From sequence record SRR16203515_2665: DNA of 58,543 bases; one strand, 5' to 3'. The notes under the pieces were generated by a model. It ran no database searches. It was given only the letters and a program-made list of their open reading frames with translations, and was not told the DNA's origin. This document shows positions 31,271 to 38,979 of the stretch, one piece after another (position 1 is the stretch's first letter; every line of letters starts with the position of its first letter). Position numbers and translations under genes: made by a program.

Positions 31271-32653
31271 TTAATCACCATCTCCTTCGCCAGAACCACC
31301 GTAAGCACCTTTACCAAATCCACCTTGGCCGAATGCTTTCATGGTTTCTTGCATTTGTTTCATCATTTCCTGCATATCTTCGACCTGCTTTTTCATGTCC
31401 AAGTAGTCTTGGCTTGGCTTAGAGCGTTCTTCGAGTTCTTCGCTTGCCTGAAGTGCCTGAGCGCGGTCTGTTTCCAAACGCGCTCTCTCTTGTGGGTGTA
31501 TGTGCTTACCTTTTGCATCCATCTCCATTTCTATGGATGCCGCGTGTTTTGCCGCAGCGCGTGACATACCTTCTGCTGCAACTTGGTTGCGGTATTCCGC
31601 ACCCATCTTACGCTCTAGGTCTGCTTCATGTTCACTGAGCAGTTTGTGCAGAGCGCGACGAAAACGATTAAAGTCGTTTTTGTTTAAATATTGATCTGCG
31701 TAATGCAATGCTTCTGATAATGATTGTGTTCTGCCAATCACCGCATCCACCTTGCTTTGTACATATTTCGTCAACATCGCAGTATCAGCGTCACGCACGT
31801 ACATATCTGCATCATCTTTCGCTGGGTCGCTGTTGGGATTGAACAGATACCAGCGACCCTTGTCGCCACGCTTACGTGTCCAACCTGCGTTATCACCCAG
31901 TGACATACCTTCCAGAAAATCAACGGACTTGATGGTTCGTTTTGCGCGGTAAGGGTTTTTGTCAGGGCGTCCCAACCAGATGGCACCTGTTACAGTGTCT
32001 ACCCACCAATGCTTGTCGCGTGTAGTTGCAAAATATTCTTTGTTGTCTTTTGGCATGTGCTGCCAAGCGGCAACTGGTATTGGATAGTCTTGACTGACGC
32101 CCCACTTGGCATCATCAAGATACTTTGCCCAGTTGCTTGGGTTGTCACCCCAATGGAATTTACCAGTCTCTGCTTCAAGATGGTGGTGGACCTTGGATTC
32201 TTCACCATCCTTCCACGCCATGTTGTCCCACCAGCCAATATCGGAACTGGTTGCCTGATGTAATGCACCTAAAACCTCGCTCCCTTTCGCTGACAGAAAA
32301 ATTCTACGGTATCTTTTATCTTGAAGGTCTTTTTGTATTTGAAACCAACCAAGGCAACGACCACCACGAACAGCAGTAGGGTCATCAGCTAACAGATAGA
32401 ATACGCGGTCAGCTGATGATTGTTGTTTGAAGCCTAACGACTTTGCAACCTTGTGTAATTCAAGACCCTGTTCGGTCATGCCTAAAAACAGATACACAGC
32501 AGTCTGCATCGCTTTCATTGTCAGCACACCATCACCTGCATGTTTCTGCAGGACGTCAAACTGGTGCAACATTACGGACAAGTCGTTGCGCATCTGTTTA
32601 CTGGTTACGATTGGCATGGTTATACTCCTACACCTTGGATTCATTTGCCTCAT
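31271..32653 (-). CDS. Protein with N-terminal MarR-like winged helix and a long unknown C-terminal extension
   Basis: VAKSLGFKQQSSADRV...LGWFQIQKDLQDKRYRRIFLSAKG fits the MarR wing; sits upstream of an integrase. Confidence 0.65.
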   Translation of the reverse strand: MRQMNPRCRSITMPIVTSKQMRNDLSVMLHQFDVLQKHAGDGVLTMKAMQTAVYLFLGMTEQGLELHKVAKSLGFKQQSSADRVFYLLADDPTAVRGGRCLGWFQIQKDLQDKRYRRIFLSAKGSEVLGALHQATSSDIGWWDNMAWKDGEESKVHHHLEAETGKFHWGDNPSNWAKYLDDAKWGVSQDYPIPVAAWQHMPKDNKEYFATTRDKHWWVDTVTGAIWLGRPDKNPYRAKRTIKSVDFLEGMSLGDNAGWTRKRGDKGRWYLFNPNSDPAKDDADMYVRDADTAMLTKYVQSKVDAVIGRTQSLSEALHYADQYLNKNDFNRFRRALHKLLSEHEADLERKMGAEYRNQVAAEGMSRAAAKHAASIEMEMDAKGKHIHPQERARLETDRAQALQASEELEERSKPSQDYLDMKKQVEDMQEMMKQMQETMKAFGQGGFGKGAYGGSGEGDGD

Positions 32654-32692
32654 GGCAAGGCATATCAGAATCCAAGGCGTTTGCCATTCAAT

Positions 32693-32881
32693 TTATACTT
32701 CTTGCGCAAGTTCTGCGCACACTGTTGCGACATAGTCCCTGATGGACTGTTCAGTCATCCTGATATGGTGTGCTGACGCATCCAAGCCGTAGTACGAAAA
32801 CACGTTGATGACCTCATTTAGACACACGTGGTCTGTCAGACTGTCCAATTTGTCTTTGTAGATTTGCTCTGTAGTTTTCAT
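32693..32881 (-). CDS. Hypothetical early protein
   Basis: 62-aa ORF, GAGG RBS, coupled to the upstream gene. Confidence 0.55.
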   Translation of the reverse strand: MKTTEQIYKDKLDSLTDHVCLNEVINVFSYYGLDASAHHIRMTEQSIRDYVATVCAELAQEV

Positions 32882-33264
32882 ACTGTCACCTCTTGGCCTG
32901 TTGGAGCAGTAATGCGTAGCCCTTCCATCAACTCTTCAGCCAGTTTGATGCGATGCGCTTGTGCATCATCCCAAATCTTGTCGTAGAACTCGCCAGATTT
33001 AGAGATAAGGCCAGCCTCATTTGTGAGTTTGCGCAGATACGCCTCTGCCTCAACAAAAGCATCAAGTGCGGACCTGGCATTGCGAGACATCTTGGCACGT
33101 TCACGAGCTAGTTCAGCGGGTGTCGCATACTCATTTTCAGTGTGCCAGTAATCAGCGGTCATACCCTTTGTATCGACCAAAGCATCAACACCTGCTTTCA
33201 AGGCGTCGCACAGTTGATAGAATGCCATCTGTTCGTCTGTCATATTTGCTGTATCGCGTTTCAT
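32878..33264 (-). CDS. Hypothetical early protein
   Basis: Start MKRDTAN with GGAG RBS; helical. Confidence 0.65.
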   Translation of the reverse strand: MKRDTANMTDEQMAFYQLCDALKAGVDALVDTKGMTADYWHTENEYATPAELARERAKMSRNARSALDAFVEAEAYLRKLTNEAGLISKSGEFYDKIWDDAQAHRIKLAEELMEGLRITAPTGQEVTV

Positions 33265-33297
33265 AACTTTCTCCGTATTCAGTTGCGAAATAGTGGG

Positions 33298-33351
33298 GAT
33301 GCCCACTGGATGCCCACGCGGAGAGGAAAGCGTGGGACACCAGTAGACACC
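33298..33351 (-). ncRNA. Long intergenic hairpin with CU-rich loop
   Basis: GGTGTCTACTGG-TGT-CCCACGC / loop TTTCCTCTCC / GCGTGGG-CAT-CCAGTGGGCATC; G-U pairs favour the minus strand. Confidence 0.6.
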
Positions 33352-33353
33352 GC

Positions 33354-33827
33354 TTAGGCTGCGGTGACTGCACCTTTGCGATTTAGGCGACGATTTTTGC
33401 GGACCTGCTTGCTGACACACTTTTCAATGTCGATGACCCAACGGTCGCGGCGAGGCATTGGAAATGTTTCATACCCCTCGCTCAACGCTAAAGTAAAAGT
33501 GTCGTGCGTCGTATCAATCCAACCATCGAACGGCAGTTCCAAAATGACGCCCACGATGCCATTGTCAGAATAGGTCTTGCGAACAATCATCTGTTCCATT
33601 GCGACCCATTCATCAAATGTCAGGTATCTGCCCTCAGACAGCGTCTCGCCGCATTTAGGGCATTCGCCTTTGACGACATCCATAATGTCGATGGTAGCGA
33701 TGTCAGGTCCAACTGGTTTGTCAGGGCAAGACCCGCAAGTCGCAATCTTGCCAATACCAATCAAACTATCGAGAACACGCTCGATTAAGTCGAATTTGTC
33801 GTCGTCGTTTAGTCCAATATAAGCCAT
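33354..33827 (-). CDS. Hypothetical early protein with zinc-ribbon (CxxC...CxxC)
   Basis: CGSC and CPKC; GGAG upstream of MAYIG. Confidence 0.65.
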   Translation of the reverse strand: MAYIGLNDDDKFDLIERVLDSLIGIGKIATCGSCPDKPVGPDIATIDIMDVVKGECPKCGETLSEGRYLTFDEWVAMEQMIVRKTYSDNGIVGVILELPFDGWIDTTHDTFTLALSEGYETFPMPRRDRWVIDIEKCVSKQVRKNRRLNRKGAVTAA

Positions 33828-33878
33828 TGAGTTTATTACCTTTCTCCACGCAAGTGGGTTAGTTTGCCAAGTGGCTAT

Positions 33879-33891
33879 CCTTAGTGCAACC
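33879..33891 (-). promoter_or_regulatory. Candidate phage RNA polymerase promoter
   Basis: GGTTGCACTAAGG, matches copies at 36128 and 57393. Confidence 0.65.
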
Positions 33892-33899
33892 AAAAACAA

Positions 33900-34298
33900 T
33901 TACAGGTCGCTTGTCTTAAGTCCGTGGTAGCCCACGTCCTCTGCATCGTTGCGGTTCGCAATGTTTTGTTTTGCTTCTGCAACGTACTCTTGAAGGGTAT
34001 TGTGATTGCCCTCATCTTCGAAGCGAAAGTACGGCGGTACGATACGGCGCGTGTACTCAACGCTGTCATCATCATACTGGTGCAACTGGTGCAACGAGAG
34101 GCGGGCAGGTGACCCTGTAAGCCAGCTATAAACAGATGTGATTTTGCTTTCGTCACCTGTTGGGTAGCGTGGCGGTTTGCTGTTGCGCTTGGTGACAATA
34201 GACATCTCACGCGGGTCTACACCGTGTGTGACAGTTGCCATTGCAAGAGCGTCATCCGCTCCAAAAGACCAGTATTCGTGGCGTTTTAAGTCTTTCAT
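33900..34298 (-). CDS. Hypothetical early protein
   Basis: 132-aa ORF, AAGGA upstream. Confidence 0.6.
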   Translation of the reverse strand: MKDLKRHEYWSFGADDALAMATVTHGVDPREMSIVTKRNSKPPRYPTGDESKITSVYSWLTGSPARLSLHQLHQYDDDSVEYTRRIVPPYFRFEDEGNHNTLQEYVAEAKQNIANRNDAEDVGYHGLKTSDL

Positions 34299-34310
34299 GC
34301 TCGATTTTCC

Positions 34311-34553
34311 TTATGTGTTGATTAGGTGCAATGCTGGGACTGCGATTTTTGTATAGTGGCCATTATAATAATGTGTGTTGACCCAAACGCAGGTCTGGCC
34401 ACCGATTTGTTCCCACTTGTGAGAAATGCGGTATTTGACGTCTTCTGGCATTGTGTGCGCAGCGGCGTCGAGGTGTTCCTTCACAGCGTGAGGGTCGCCT
34501 TGAATTTGGGATGCACGGTCCCCATATATAATGTGCAGGTCAGTCGAAACCAT
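34311..34553 (-). CDS. Hypothetical early protein (first gene after the sigma70-like promoter)
   Basis: AGGAG RBS; 80 aa. Confidence 0.65.
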   Translation of the reverse strand: MVSTDLHIIYGDRASQIQGDPHAVKEHLDAAAHTMPEDVKYRISHKWEQIGGQTCVWVNTHYYNGHYTKIAVPALHLINT

Positions 34554-34597
34554 CTTAATCTCCTAAATGCGACTACGGACGAATTTGTCCGATTCGA

Positions 34598-34626
34598 AGC
34601 GTACACGAGAGATAAAACCCAGTCAA
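34598..34626 (-). promoter_or_regulatory. Sigma70-like early promoter
   Basis: TTGACT-17 bp-TACGCT, 45 bp upstream of the 34553 start. Confidence 0.55.
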
Positions 34627-34789
34627 TACGCACATGGCAAACAAATCCATATTAACGGTGCTTAAGGGTCGTTTGTAACAGCTTTATGACAACCCGAACA
34701 AATGTCTGGAAAAACAGCAGGGTCAGCGCAAAAGCGTCTTCACTATATAATAAGGAGTGGTGCTGGTGCGAAAACGGCAGGTTGAGACA

Positions 34790-34837
34790 CAAAAAATGCG
34801 GCACAGCTAAAATTAAGGGAGGGAGAGGCTGTACCGC
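34790..34837 (-). terminator. Intrinsic terminator with CU-rich loop
   Basis: GCGGTACAGC / CTCTCCCTCCCTTAATTTTA / GCTGTGCCGC then ATTTTTTG. Confidence 0.6.
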
Positions 34838-34907
34838 AAGTTACCCGAAGGTAAGAACATGAATAATGTGGTGTTGCATAAGGTGTGCCAATTCGAAAAC
34901 GGCAGGG

Positions 34908-35123
34908 CTATGATTTTTGCTTTTGGGAGAACTTGCGTTGCATGAGTTGATGGAGTTTGTTTCTGCCAAACGCTTCGTCAACCGAATTGTAACTGCCACC
35001 ATCATCAATGAACTCGACGCGGATTTTGGTTTTGTCAATTTCGACAGCTTTGACCTCGTATCCGTGATTGTGAAATGTGCTGACTAATTCTAATGCGCGG
35101 TTCGTGACGCTAACCTTGGCCAT
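34908..35123 (-). CDS. Paralog of the integrase-1-coupled small protein
   Basis: MAKVSVTNRALELV... aligns ungapped with 29779-29952 (15 identities in the first 38 aa); AGGA RBS. Confidence 0.7.
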   Translation of the reverse strand: MAKVSVTNRALELVSTFHNHGYEVKAVEIDKTKIRVEFIDDGGSYNSVDEAFGRNKLHQLMQRKFSQKQKS

Positions 35124-35534
35124 CTGTAGGTATCCTGTGAGTTGAGAAAACGATAGGTAAAACACAGACAGGCAAATCGCGCCGATGCAACCCAAAATCA
35201 GGGCAAAATGGCGCGTGTTAAATTACAGATTTAACCCCACCCCCAGTATTTATTGGATAATCCTAGCTTGCCTTGGACAATCGCTGGAATTGCCCCTGAT
35301 TTTTGCAGGGATTTGGTCGAGGCGGCATGGGGGGATTTTTGCGACGGGTATTTAGCGTACACCCGCTCAGATTTTTTTGTCAGAATTATTGTCAACCCAA
35401 TTTCGACCAATGACAAAAAATTACCATTTAAGGTTTTGCGGGACGACACGCAGGGATTCGTGCCTATAAATAGGTAGTTATCGTAACAGTTCAAAGGAAA
35501 TGCGATGACGCTCAAAAAACCTCTTTCAAAGTTC

Positions 35535-35569
35535 TTGACAAATCCGTCAGTTAAGAACAAAAGTAGAAC
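35535..35569 (+). promoter_or_regulatory. Candidate LexA-repressed promoter
   Basis: TTGACA 35535-35540 and GAAC-AAAAGTA-GAAC 35555-35569. Confidence 0.7.
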
Positions 35570-35627
35570 ATTCCAAAATCGTCGATATTTAAAAACCAGC
35601 ATGGCTCATGCCTATGGGGGGCAACCT

Positions 35628-35819
35628 ATGTTTATTTCAAATCGTCCACCTAAAGACGAACCAGATGAGGTCACTCAGTTGGCCCATGCGATAATCGAGT
35701 TGGTTTTACCAAAATACGATTTAGGTGAGCGGTTGACGTTGGAAGAAATGAACTGGGTTGTGGAATTAGCCGAATTGCAACTTAACGAGGCATACGGTGA
35801 CCCTTCTAACTACGATTAA
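35628..35819 (+). CDS. Small acidic hypothetical protein, antisense to the phage genes
   Basis: MFISNRPPKDEP...; G-rich RBS; downstream of the LexA box. Confidence 0.55.
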   Translation: MFISNRPPKDEPDEVTQLAHAIIELVLPKYDLGERLTLEEMNWVVELAELQLNEAYGDPSNYD

Positions 35820-36039
35820 GAAACATCACATCAGCATCCACTGCACTTGGTGTAACCATTCACGAATGACCACGGTCGCTAAAATCCTGACTATGGTTTC
35901 TGACAATTACACCTTTGAACGCTTAAAACGGAACGCCAAGTGCAACAGATGCGGTCGCCAAAAGGCTGACCTCAGGATTCATTACGTTACACCTGAGGCC
36001 GCTAGGTATCATGAAGAGAACCCAAGGTTGGACCTGTAG
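35797..36039 (+). CDS. Small zinc-ribbon protein (CTWC...CNRC)
   Basis: GAGG RBS before the GTG start; two CxxC pairs. Confidence 0.7.
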   Translation: MTLLTTIKKHHISIHCTWCNHSRMTTVAKILTMVSDNYTFERLKRNAKCNRCGRQKADLRIHYVTPEAARYHEENPRLDL

Positions 36040-36041
36040 TT

Positions 36042-36111
36042 ACCTGTAGTTGACCTATAGATAGACGTTGTACGATGTCTTATTTTTATATCTTTTAGGT
36101 CACCTATAGGT
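36042..36111 (-). repeat. Short repeats CTA(C/T)AGGT x4, like T7 SRR/SRL end repeats
   Basis: Plus strand ACCTGTAG, ACCTGTAG, ACCTATAG, ACCTATAG downstream of terL. Confidence 0.6.
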
Positions 36112-36127
36112 AGGGTTTCCCCTTTAC

Positions 36128-36140
36128 CCATAGTACAACC
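36128..36140 (-). promoter_or_regulatory. Candidate phage RNA polymerase promoter (phiOR-like position)
   Basis: GGTTGTACTATGG just downstream of terL. Confidence 0.7.
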
Positions 36141-36175
36141 TTATTATTTGGTCTTTTTCAAAGCCGCTACGAACG

Positions 36176-37870
36176 TCACCACTTATAGGAACTATTAGTA
36201 TCCTTGAGATTATGACCTGTCATAATTGCAAATCCTAGCTGATGTTGTCGTTGCATTCTGCGCATTTCGTCTCTCATCAGGTCTTCACGTCTTGCTGCCA
36301 TACGCTTCTCGACGTCTTGAGCCATAGCATCCACCCAATATTGAACGGCCATAGCAAGTGCGTCTAAACGGTCGTCGTTGACCAGTGCGCCTCTGTCTCT
36401 CGTTATTCTGGTGAGTTGGTACATCAATTGATAACGCAGGGCTTGCTCAGGCGGCAGATGCTGACAGCTTTCGTAGTCTTTTTTGATGACCTTCTTGTCC
36501 ACCACAAGCCTGTGTTGGTTCATTACAGGTTCCAGAACGTCTATTATCCGCAGTTCCTTTTGCTTATTGTGACGGACCTCTGAGAGGGTACAGGGGTAAA
36601 TCCTATTCAGCACAGGCGTGAACAGTTGGTTAAACATACCGTCACCGAAGTTGGACTCGACGATTATCTCGTTCACACCTTCTTCTTTGGCGATACGCGC
36701 AAGCTGTTCTAAGGCTTCCTCTGAGTACCCACCAGCTATCCCACCGCATCGACGGACGAACTGATAGCCGTTGAGCATTTTTACGACTGCATAACCAGTT
36801 TCATCAACGCCTCTACCTGAGGGGTCGATACTCATAACTGAGCCGCTGTATTCGACAAAATCGTCAGCCATAAACATAGGTCTGTGGTAGTGGTCACCTG
36901 TAAATCCTACGTTTGGCAAATCTTGGACAATATACTGTTCATCAGATGACCATGAGAGCCGCTCAGGAGCCTCGTGAGTGGGGCAATCCATCACGATTAG
37001 GTCACCTACCTTAAGAGGGTATCTAAGGGCGTCAGAGAGTCTTGTATCGAGCATGAACTGAAGGGCGAATCCGCTGCGTCCATAAGATGCTTCACGCTCT
37101 AGTAAGTCAAACTCAGAGAAACGTTTTGGGTCAGTTGGTTGACCTTCTAAGTTAATGTCGTTTTGCAGTCTGCTATTTACGAATTTAGCCAGCTTACCAC
37201 CATATCCAATACTTGTATCTTCATCGGGGTAACGTGCTGGCCAGATATGCGTTTTGTAACCACGTTCTGGTAGCTTATTGTAGAGGCTTTCTTGGTTCTG
37301 TGGCGTACCCAAATAGATGATACGTCCATCAGGCTTTAAGATAGCGTCAAATTCCTTCACGGCCTCTGATAAACGGTCCCGCATACCCTGTGTCATAGAG
37401 TTATTTGGCACCTCAATATCATCCGCAATAATGTAATCCGCACGTGAACCCGCCAATTGGCCAGTAATTCCGACGCTTTTTACAGAAGGTGCGTGGCTTG
37501 CGGCGGCTGGACCGACGTCAAAACTGATTTTTGACTGCCTTTGGTCCTCTCGTGGACGCAAATGCGCCAGTATTTCCATCTCATTTATCAGTCTAAGCGT
37601 GAAAGTTGTGAAGTCATCAGCGCGTGTTTTGGACGCTGACACCACAAGTATGTTTAATTGTGGGTTACAATAGAGCAACCAAACTACATATGCGGACGTA
37701 ATCCAGCTTTTGCCTACACCACGGAACGCTTCAACAATCATTCGTTTGTCGCCGTGCTGGATATTCTTAGCAATATCGTACTGAACGGGTGTCGGGTCAG
37801 GCAAATTAAGGTGCTTCCAGACGACAAATAGGAATTTGCGAAAATCACTTAATGGATTAGGCTGTGTCAT
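36176..37870 (-). CDS. Terminase large subunit (T7 gp19-like)
   Basis: AFRGVGKSW, GITGQLAGSRAD.IIADD, YLGTPQ, IDPSGRG.DETG, DDRLDAL. Confidence 0.96.
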   Translation of the reverse strand: MTQPNPLSDFRKFLFVVWKHLNLPDPTPVQYDIAKNIQHGDKRMIVEAFRGVGKSWITSAYVVWLLYCNPQLNILVVSASKTRADDFTTFTLRLINEMEILAHLRPREDQRQSKISFDVGPAAASHAPSVKSVGITGQLAGSRADYIIADDIEVPNNSMTQGMRDRLSEAVKEFDAILKPDGRIIYLGTPQNQESLYNKLPERGYKTHIWPARYPDEDTSIGYGGKLAKFVNSRLQNDINLEGQPTDPKRFSEFDLLEREASYGRSGFALQFMLDTRLSDALRYPLKVGDLIVMDCPTHEAPERLSWSSDEQYIVQDLPNVGFTGDHYHRPMFMADDFVEYSGSVMSIDPSGRGVDETGYAVVKMLNGYQFVRRCGGIAGGYSEEALEQLARIAKEEGVNEIIVESNFGDGMFNQLFTPVLNRIYPCTLSEVRHNKQKELRIIDVLEPVMNQHRLVVDKKVIKKDYESCQHLPPEQALRYQLMYQLTRITRDRGALVNDDRLDALAMAVQYWVDAMAQDVEKRMAARREDLMRDEMRRMQRQHQLGFAIMTGHNLKDTNSSYKW

Positions 37871-38014
37871 ATGAGAACTTTACTTAAATTGTTTAAATAC
37901 GCAGTGCTGATAGCGATGTTCGCTGTCTGCGCATGGTTCTTTGCGATTCTGTTTAATGACAGCCCTGATTGTGGCCCAGGTTCTGTCGAAAGAGACACCT
38001 GCATCGTCAATTAA
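37871..38014 (+). CDS. 47-aa antisense membrane peptide between terS and terL (not in the ORF track)
   Basis: MRTLLKLFKYAVLIAMFAVCAWFFAILFNDSPDCGPGSVERDTCIVN fills the whole intergenic gap. Confidence 0.5.
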   Translation: MRTLLKLFKYAVLIAMFAVCAWFFAILFNDSPDCGPGSVERDTCIVN

Positions 38015-38240
38015 GTTTCATTTCAGACAAGTCAGCGTCATCGTCGTTAAAGTCGGGCAGGGTGGCTACAAGGTCAGCTAGAGGTGAACCCTCTGCTGCT
38101 ACAGCCTCAATGCCGTTGTCTTTCAGGAACTGTCGAGCCACGTTCAGGTCCGCTGATTTAGCCTCAGGGTCACTGATGCGCGACAGTAAATTCTCTGCTA
38201 ACGTTTGGTGTAGCAGTTCCATCAATTCAGATTTTGTCAT
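38007..38240 (-). CDS. Terminase small subunit (T7 gp18-like)
   Basis: ELLH..LA..LL.RI, ADLNVARQFLKDNGI; upstream of terL. Confidence 0.85.
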   Translation of the reverse strand: MTKSELMELLHQTLAENLLSRISDPEAKSADLNVARQFLKDNGIEAVAAEGSPLADLVATLPDFNDDDADLSEMKLN

Positions 38241-38331
38241 TTTTTAATCCAGTCTCAAATTGGGACGTATAAATTTACGAAACATCTTGAGTTTCATAAT
38301 TCCAATGGTGGGTTGGCGTTTAGTTTGTCGA

Positions 38332-38742
38332 CTAGCTAGTCAACTCACCATCCATCCCTAGTGGGTCAGTTTCTCTCCTGTTGTAAGCTGGCCCACGTCT
38401 CCTCAATGAAACCATCATAGACATTAGCCCACGTCCCATTTCTGACGGGCTAGGGGCCAACCATCCAAGTACAAGGGCTATCAAAACCCACGGTGGTATG
38501 GATTGGTCGATGTTTACGGTTTCACCTGTTGCTTCTAATTCTGTCTCTGTAATGACGACATCACGACCAGCTTCCTGATTGGACTGATTGCCAACCGCTT
38601 GCTGCGTTGCCTCACGTGCTACCTGAGTGCCTATAGGCGTCACGGAGACGCCCTTGAAAGAGGGCATAAGGAAAGACGGGATGCTCGAACACCCCGTAAC
38701 CATAAGTAGCATTAGGAGGCCAATAAGTGGCCTGTACGTCAT
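38332..38742 (-). CDS. Lipoprotein with C-terminal TM segment; candidate unimolecular spanin
   Basis: Lipobox VTGC-SS and hydrophobic PPWVLIALVLGWL. Confidence 0.55.
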   Translation of the reverse strand: MTYRPLIGLLMLLMVTGCSSIPSFLMPSFKGVSVTPIGTQVAREATQQAVGNQSNQEAGRDVVITETELEATGETVNIDQSIPPWVLIALVLGWLAPSPSEMGRGLMSMMVSLRRRGPAYNRRETDPLGMDGELTS

Positions 38743-38978
38743 TTCTTCATAGATATTTCAGTGCTGATTGAGCCTTTAGACCCAAGCAAGAAATACGCTG
38801 AAACAAGTCCTGACAGGGCAAGGTACTGCGCCATCAGAATACTATCAGCAGCGGCCATACGGGCGGGGGCTACGATGGTGGCGATTGTCGAGACAACCAT
38901 TAGTCCCAGTGCGACCCAGCACATATGGCGACGATTGGATTGATATTTTTCTTTGTCGACTACTAATCCGTCAGTCAT
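38739..38978 (-). CDS. Two-TM protein, holin candidate
   Basis: 79 aa with two hydrophobic helices, in the lysis-cassette position. Confidence 0.5.
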   Translation of the reverse strand: MTDGLVVDKEKYQSNRRHMCWVALGLMVVSTIATIVAPARMAAADSILMAQYLALSGLVSAYFLLGSKGSISTEISMKK

Positions 38979-38979
38979 A

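Noticed and set aside
33099-33114. GTTC-ACGAGCTA-GTTC as a LexA box
   Set aside because: Spacer is 8 nt rather than 7, and it lies inside a coding region.
35231-35602. 123-aa minus-strand and 74-aa plus-strand ORFs in the genome-end region
   Set aside because: No convincing RBS or protein features; the region is better explained as terminal-repeat and promoter DNA.
38245-38298. 17-codon ORF MKLKMFRKFIRPNLRLD upstream of terS
   Set aside because: Too short, weak RBS, no supporting features.
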